Source: an uncultured Actinomycetota bacterium (GTDB lineage: Bacteria > Actinomycetota > Actinomycetes > Mycobacteriales > SCTD01). From it: DNA of 64,000 nucleotides. The notes under the pieces are model-generated. The model was given only the letters and a program-made list of their open reading frames with translations. It ran no database searches and was not told the origin of the DNA. The DNA lies in the NCBI GenBank assembly GCA_963761655.1, contig CAVXHI010000001.1, positions 292,683 through 356,682 of the forward strand, written 5' to 3'. The translations under genes and the position numbers were made by a program. Positions 60,863 through 64,000 of this stretch are shown in pieces. The stretch's first letter is position 1. Each line of letters begins with the position of its first letter.

Positions 60863-61818
60863 CACCCCGGGTCCTGCAGGAGCGCGAGCTCGCCGAGCTG
60901 GGCGAGGTCGGTCTCGGCGTGGCTCTGCCGCAGGTAGACCGGGAGGTCGGCGGCCAGGGCCGCGTGCTGGGCGTCGCGGCACAGCGGCCCGGCGCCGAGG
61001 GCCCGTCCGACCCGGTCGAGCACCTCGGTGGCGGCCCGCTCGGTCTGGGCGCGCACCCGGGCGGCCCGCCGGTGCTGGTCGGCCTGCGGGTCGGCGTCGA
61101 CCGCGGCGGCGGCCTCCTGCAGGGCGACGGCGACGGCCGACAGCGCAGCGTCGACCGCGCCGAGGTGGGCCAGCGCGTGCGGGCCCCGACGGGCGGCCGA
61201 CGTCCGCAGCGCCCGCCCGAGCCCGACCGCCCCGCCGTGCCAGCAGGCGGCGACGGCCACCGCGCCGTGCCAGAAGCCGGGCCGGTCGAGGTAGCTGCCC
61301 GGGCCCCCGACGGCGACGGCCGGGGTGTCGGGGAAGACGACGTCGAGGCTGTCGCTGCCGGCCATGCCCACGGCGGGCCAGGTGCCGGGCACGGCGCGGG
61401 TGCCGGCGAGGTCGACGGCGAACAGCCGGTACCCGTCCGGCGCGTCGGCGGTGACGAGGGCGTGGGTGAGGGCGCGGGCCCCGGAGCACCAGGGCTTCGT
61501 GCCGGACAGCCGCCAGCCGTCCGGGACGGGGCGGGCGGTGAGGGCGGGCTCCGGCGGGTGCGCCGCCCAGACCCCCCAGCGGGACCCCGCGGGGGCCGGC
61601 GGACCGGCCAGCTCGGCCAGGACCGCGAGCGCGTCGAGGTGCGCCTCGGCCAGCCGGGCGACGCAGAGGTCGACGGCGGCGAGCTCCACCAGGGCCCGCC
61701 AGCGCTGCAGGGTGCCCCCGCTGCCGGGCAGCGGCAGGTCCAGCCGTCCCTCGTCGACGCAGGCCCGGAAGGCGGCGGTCACGGCGGCGACCCGGGGCGG
61801 CAGGTCCTCGGGCGGCAC
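60859..61818 (-). CDS. Acyl-CoA dehydrogenase-fold flavoprotein
   Basis: 319 aa: WRLSGTKPWCSGA, MAGSDS. The stop overlaps the PIG-L start (GTGA). Confidence 0.7.
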   Translation of the reverse strand: MPPEDLPPRVAAVTAAFRACVDEGRLDLPLPGSGGTLQRWRALVELAAVDLCVARLAEAHLDALAVLAELAGPPAPAGSRWGVWAAHPPEPALTARPVPDGWRLSGTKPWCSGARALTHALVTADAPDGYRLFAVDLAGTRAVPGTWPAVGMAGSDSLDVVFPDTPAVAVGGPGSYLDRPGFWHGAVAVAACWHGGAVGLGRALRTSAARRGPHALAHLGAVDAALSAVAVALQEAAAAVDADPQADQHRRAARVRAQTERAATEVLDRVGRALGAGPLCRDAQHAALAADLPVYLRQSHAETDLAQLGELALLQDPGW

Positions 61819-61841
61819 CCCCGGACCCTACGGGCGCCCGC

Positions 61842-62264
61842 TCAGCCGTGCCCGACGGTGGCCCCGCCGCAGGTCGCCAGCCAGCCCGCGACGTGCAGCA
61901 GCAGCGGCCCGAGCGGGTCGTCCATGACACCGGTCCGCTCGGCCAGCGGCGGCAGGCCGGCCCACGGGTCGGGGGCGGTCCGGCGTCGTCCGCGCTGCAG
62001 GCTGACCGGCGCGGCCACCAGCCCCCGGGGGCGCAGCTGGGCGCGGCGGTCGTCCCAGACCGACACCAGGACGAGGTCGGGCAGGTGGTCGAACAGGGCC
62101 TGCGACCAGGCCGCGCAGACCTGGCTCGGGACGTACGCCGCCGGAGCGAGCAGGTCGCGGTCGGGCGCCTCGCAGGCGAGGAACGCCGAGGCGAGCAGCT
62201 GCACCTGCAGGGTCGACAGCCGGAGCGCGTCGATCCGGGCACGACCCACCAGCTGGACGCTCAC
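61842..62264 (-). CDS. Hypothetical protein (operon member)
   Basis: 140 aa. GTG at 62264 overlaps the HAD stop (GTGA). Coding bias is present. Confidence 0.5.
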   Translation of the reverse strand: MSVQLVGRARIDALRLSTLQVQLLASAFLACEAPDRDLLAPAAYVPSQVCAAWSQALFDHLPDLVLVSVWDDRRAQLRPRGLVAAPVSLQRGRRRTAPDPWAGLPPLAERTGVMDDPLGPLLLHVAGWLATCGGATVGHG

Positions 62265-63047
62265 CCCGCCAGTCTGCCGCCGAGCCACCCCAGCAGCTCC
62301 TCGCCGGCCCGGGCGCCCGACGCCGTGGTGACGTGCAGCCCCGGCGGCGCCCACCCGAGGTCGTGCAGCTCGCCGTGCGCGGGCCGGACCGCTCCGCCCG
62401 AGGCCAGGCCCAGCTCGAGCAGGGGGGCGTCGAGCAGGGAGTCGCCCGCGGCCAGCACCGGGTCCGCGCCGGCGAGCCGGGCGACGGCCGCCCCCTTGGT
62501 CAGCCCGGCGGGGACGGCGTAGGCCTTGCGGCCCTGCACGGAGACCGACCAGCCGCGGGGCTCGAGGGCGGCGCCCAGCTCCTCGAGCCAGCCCGGGGGG
62601 AACGCCTCCCGCGACTGCGCGACCAGGTAGACGAACAGGTCCTCCGCGGTCCGGACCAGCCGGACCCAGTCCTGCCCCTCCCAGGTCCCGAGCAGGGCGC
62701 GGACCTCCTCGACGGGCGCCGCCCCGGCCAGCAGGCCCTGCACCCAGGTGTCCCAGGCGGGGTCGCGGGCGCCGTCGACGAGCAGGACGCCGCCGTTGGC
62801 GCAGACGGCCTGGCGGCGCGGGCACGGGCAGGGCGATCCGGGAGTACTGGGCGACCGTCCGGGTGGTCACCGGGACGACCCGGGCGCGGGCCGCCAGGGA
62901 CCGGTAGGCCTGCACCGCGCCGACGGTCATCGACGACAGCGGGGCACCGTCGAGGTGCTCGACGACGACGGAGGGGCCGGCCGCGCCGGCGGAGCGCTCG
63001 CTGAAGACGACGGTCTGGTCCAGGTCGAGGGCGACGAGCGCCGTCAC
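62261..63047 (-). pseudogene. HAD-IIB-type hydrolase with a +1 frameshift near 62808-62812
   Basis: Motif I ALDLDQT and motif II VPVTTRT are in one frame. CANGGVLLVDG..., GLTKG and AAGDSLLD (motifs III and IV) are in the +1 frame (ORF 62261..62743). The span is 787 nt, which is 3n+1. Confidence 0.8.
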
Positions 63048-64000
63048 AGGGGCCTGATCAGGCCGATGCACGAGTACGCGAGGTCCTCGACCTCCACCAC
63101 GGGCACCCCGCGGGCCGCGGCGAGCAGCCGGACGTGCTCGAGCTCGCCCGCCCGGTCCGGCCGCACCAGCACCTGCCACGGCACCCGGCGCAGCAGCACC
63201 CGGGTGGTCTCGCCGACGCCGGGCTTCACGAGGTTCACGTCCCCGATCCCGTACCGCTCCGCGACGTCGACGACGGACGCCCAGCCCGACCACGTCGGCG
63301 TCCGGTCGGAGGCGAGCAGCGGGGCGACGTCGACCGGGGCGAAGGCGGCGCTGACGGCGTCGAGGAAGACGCCGGAGACGTCGACGGGGGCGAGCTCCGG
63401 GTAGGCCTTGGCGCCGTGGAACATGCCGGGACCGATGAGGTCGTCGCGCAGGACGGTCCGGGAGACGAGGCCGGAGACGGTCGAGTTGAGGCAGGCGCTC
63501 GGGATGAGGAAGTCGTCGCGGGTGCCGTACAGGTCGGTGCAGGAGCCGGGGTCGGCCAGGACGGCGAGCCGGGGGTCGAGGCCGTCGTAGGCCCGGACCG
63601 CTGCGGCCAGCTCCCGGGCGATCGCGCCCTTGCCGGTCCAGCCGTCGACGAACCGCACCTGCTCCGCGGCGTGCCGGGACAGGACGTGCCGGACGGCGAC
63701 GTCGTCGATGCCCTTCCCGCGCACGATGCTGACGGCGTAGTGCGGGACGTCCAGGCCGTGCGCCCAGGCGAACCACCGGCGCAGCAGGATCGCGACCGGG
63801 GTGCCGGCCCGGGCGAGCGACACCAGGACGGGCGCCTGCCCGTGCTCGGCCAGCAGCAGCTCCCCGACCAGCCCGACCGCCTGGGCGAGGCGCCCCGCCG
63901 ACTCCGCCAGCGACCGGTGGAACAGCGCCGTGTAGGCCTCGTCGGGCTGGAACTCGACGGGGAGCATCTCGGCGTAGTGCCGCCCGCCCTGGATGAGCTC
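63044..64000 (-). CDS. ter-associated PRTase-like / StiP-family protein (5' end outside window)
   Basis: The frame stays open to the window edge (...ELIQGGRHYAEMLPVEF...). VLVSLARAGTPVAILL, SIVRGKGID, FVDGWTGKGAI. The family was recognised from memory, not searched. Confidence 0.5.
   Translation of the reverse strand, partial: ELIQGGRHYAEMLPVEFQPDEAYTALFHRSLAESAGRLAQAVGLVGELLLAEHGQAPVLVSLARAGTPVAILLRRWFAWAHGLDVPHYAVSIVRGKGIDDVAVRHVLSRHAAEQVRFVDGWTGKGAIARELAAAVRAYDGLDPRLAVLADPGSCTDLYGTRDDFLIPSACLNSTVSGLVSRTVLRDDLIGPGMFHGAKAYPELAPVDVSGVFLDAVSAAFAPVDVAPLLASDRTPTWSGWASVVDVAERYGIGDVNLVKPGVGETTRVLLRRVPWQVLVRPDRAGELEHVRLLAAARGVPVVEVEDLAYSCIGLIRPL

Overview
Very GC-rich chromosomal segment. Codon third positions are almost always G or C, which produces many long spurious alternate-frame ORFs in the track. 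The gene content is typical of Actinomycetota: an HspR/HAIR-controlled dnaK-grpE-dnaJ-hspR operon and clpB, an Rpf with a c-di-AMP (ydaO-type) riboswitch, BldC, DUF3073, and a mycothiol-type DinB/MDMPI protein. It is core chromosome, not an obvious island: no transposase, integrase, CRISPR array or rRNA was seen. The backbone is a dispersed purine-biosynthesis region (purA, purD, purB, purC, purS, purQ, purL, purF, purM) plus pyrE, dcd, fbaA and one tRNA-Gly(CCC). Small accessory genes are inserted among the pur genes: two Uma2/PD-(D/E)xK endonucleases, a pRiA4b-ORF3-family protein and an RsbW-like HATPase. I call about 65 protein genes. By my count 27 end in TAG, the rest in TGA, and none in TAA. 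Four things deserve a second look. (1) At the right edge, seven co-directional genes with overlapping stops and starts join a ter-type PRTase/HAD module to an ACAD / PIG-L / methyltransferase / GT2 module, next to a DUF475 membrane protein. I know of no characterised product for this set. (2) Five conserved genes (clpB, a FetA-like ABC ATPase, a lipoprotein, the PIG-L and the HAD), and probably two more, are each broken by exactly one extra base. (3) A sharply bounded run of 8 codons ending in A or T sits inside dcd. (4) The leader upstream of clpB is unusually structured: a 3x tandem repeat, a perfect 24-bp inverted repeat, and a HAIR-like operator. All family calls come from motif recognition by eye; no database search was possible.
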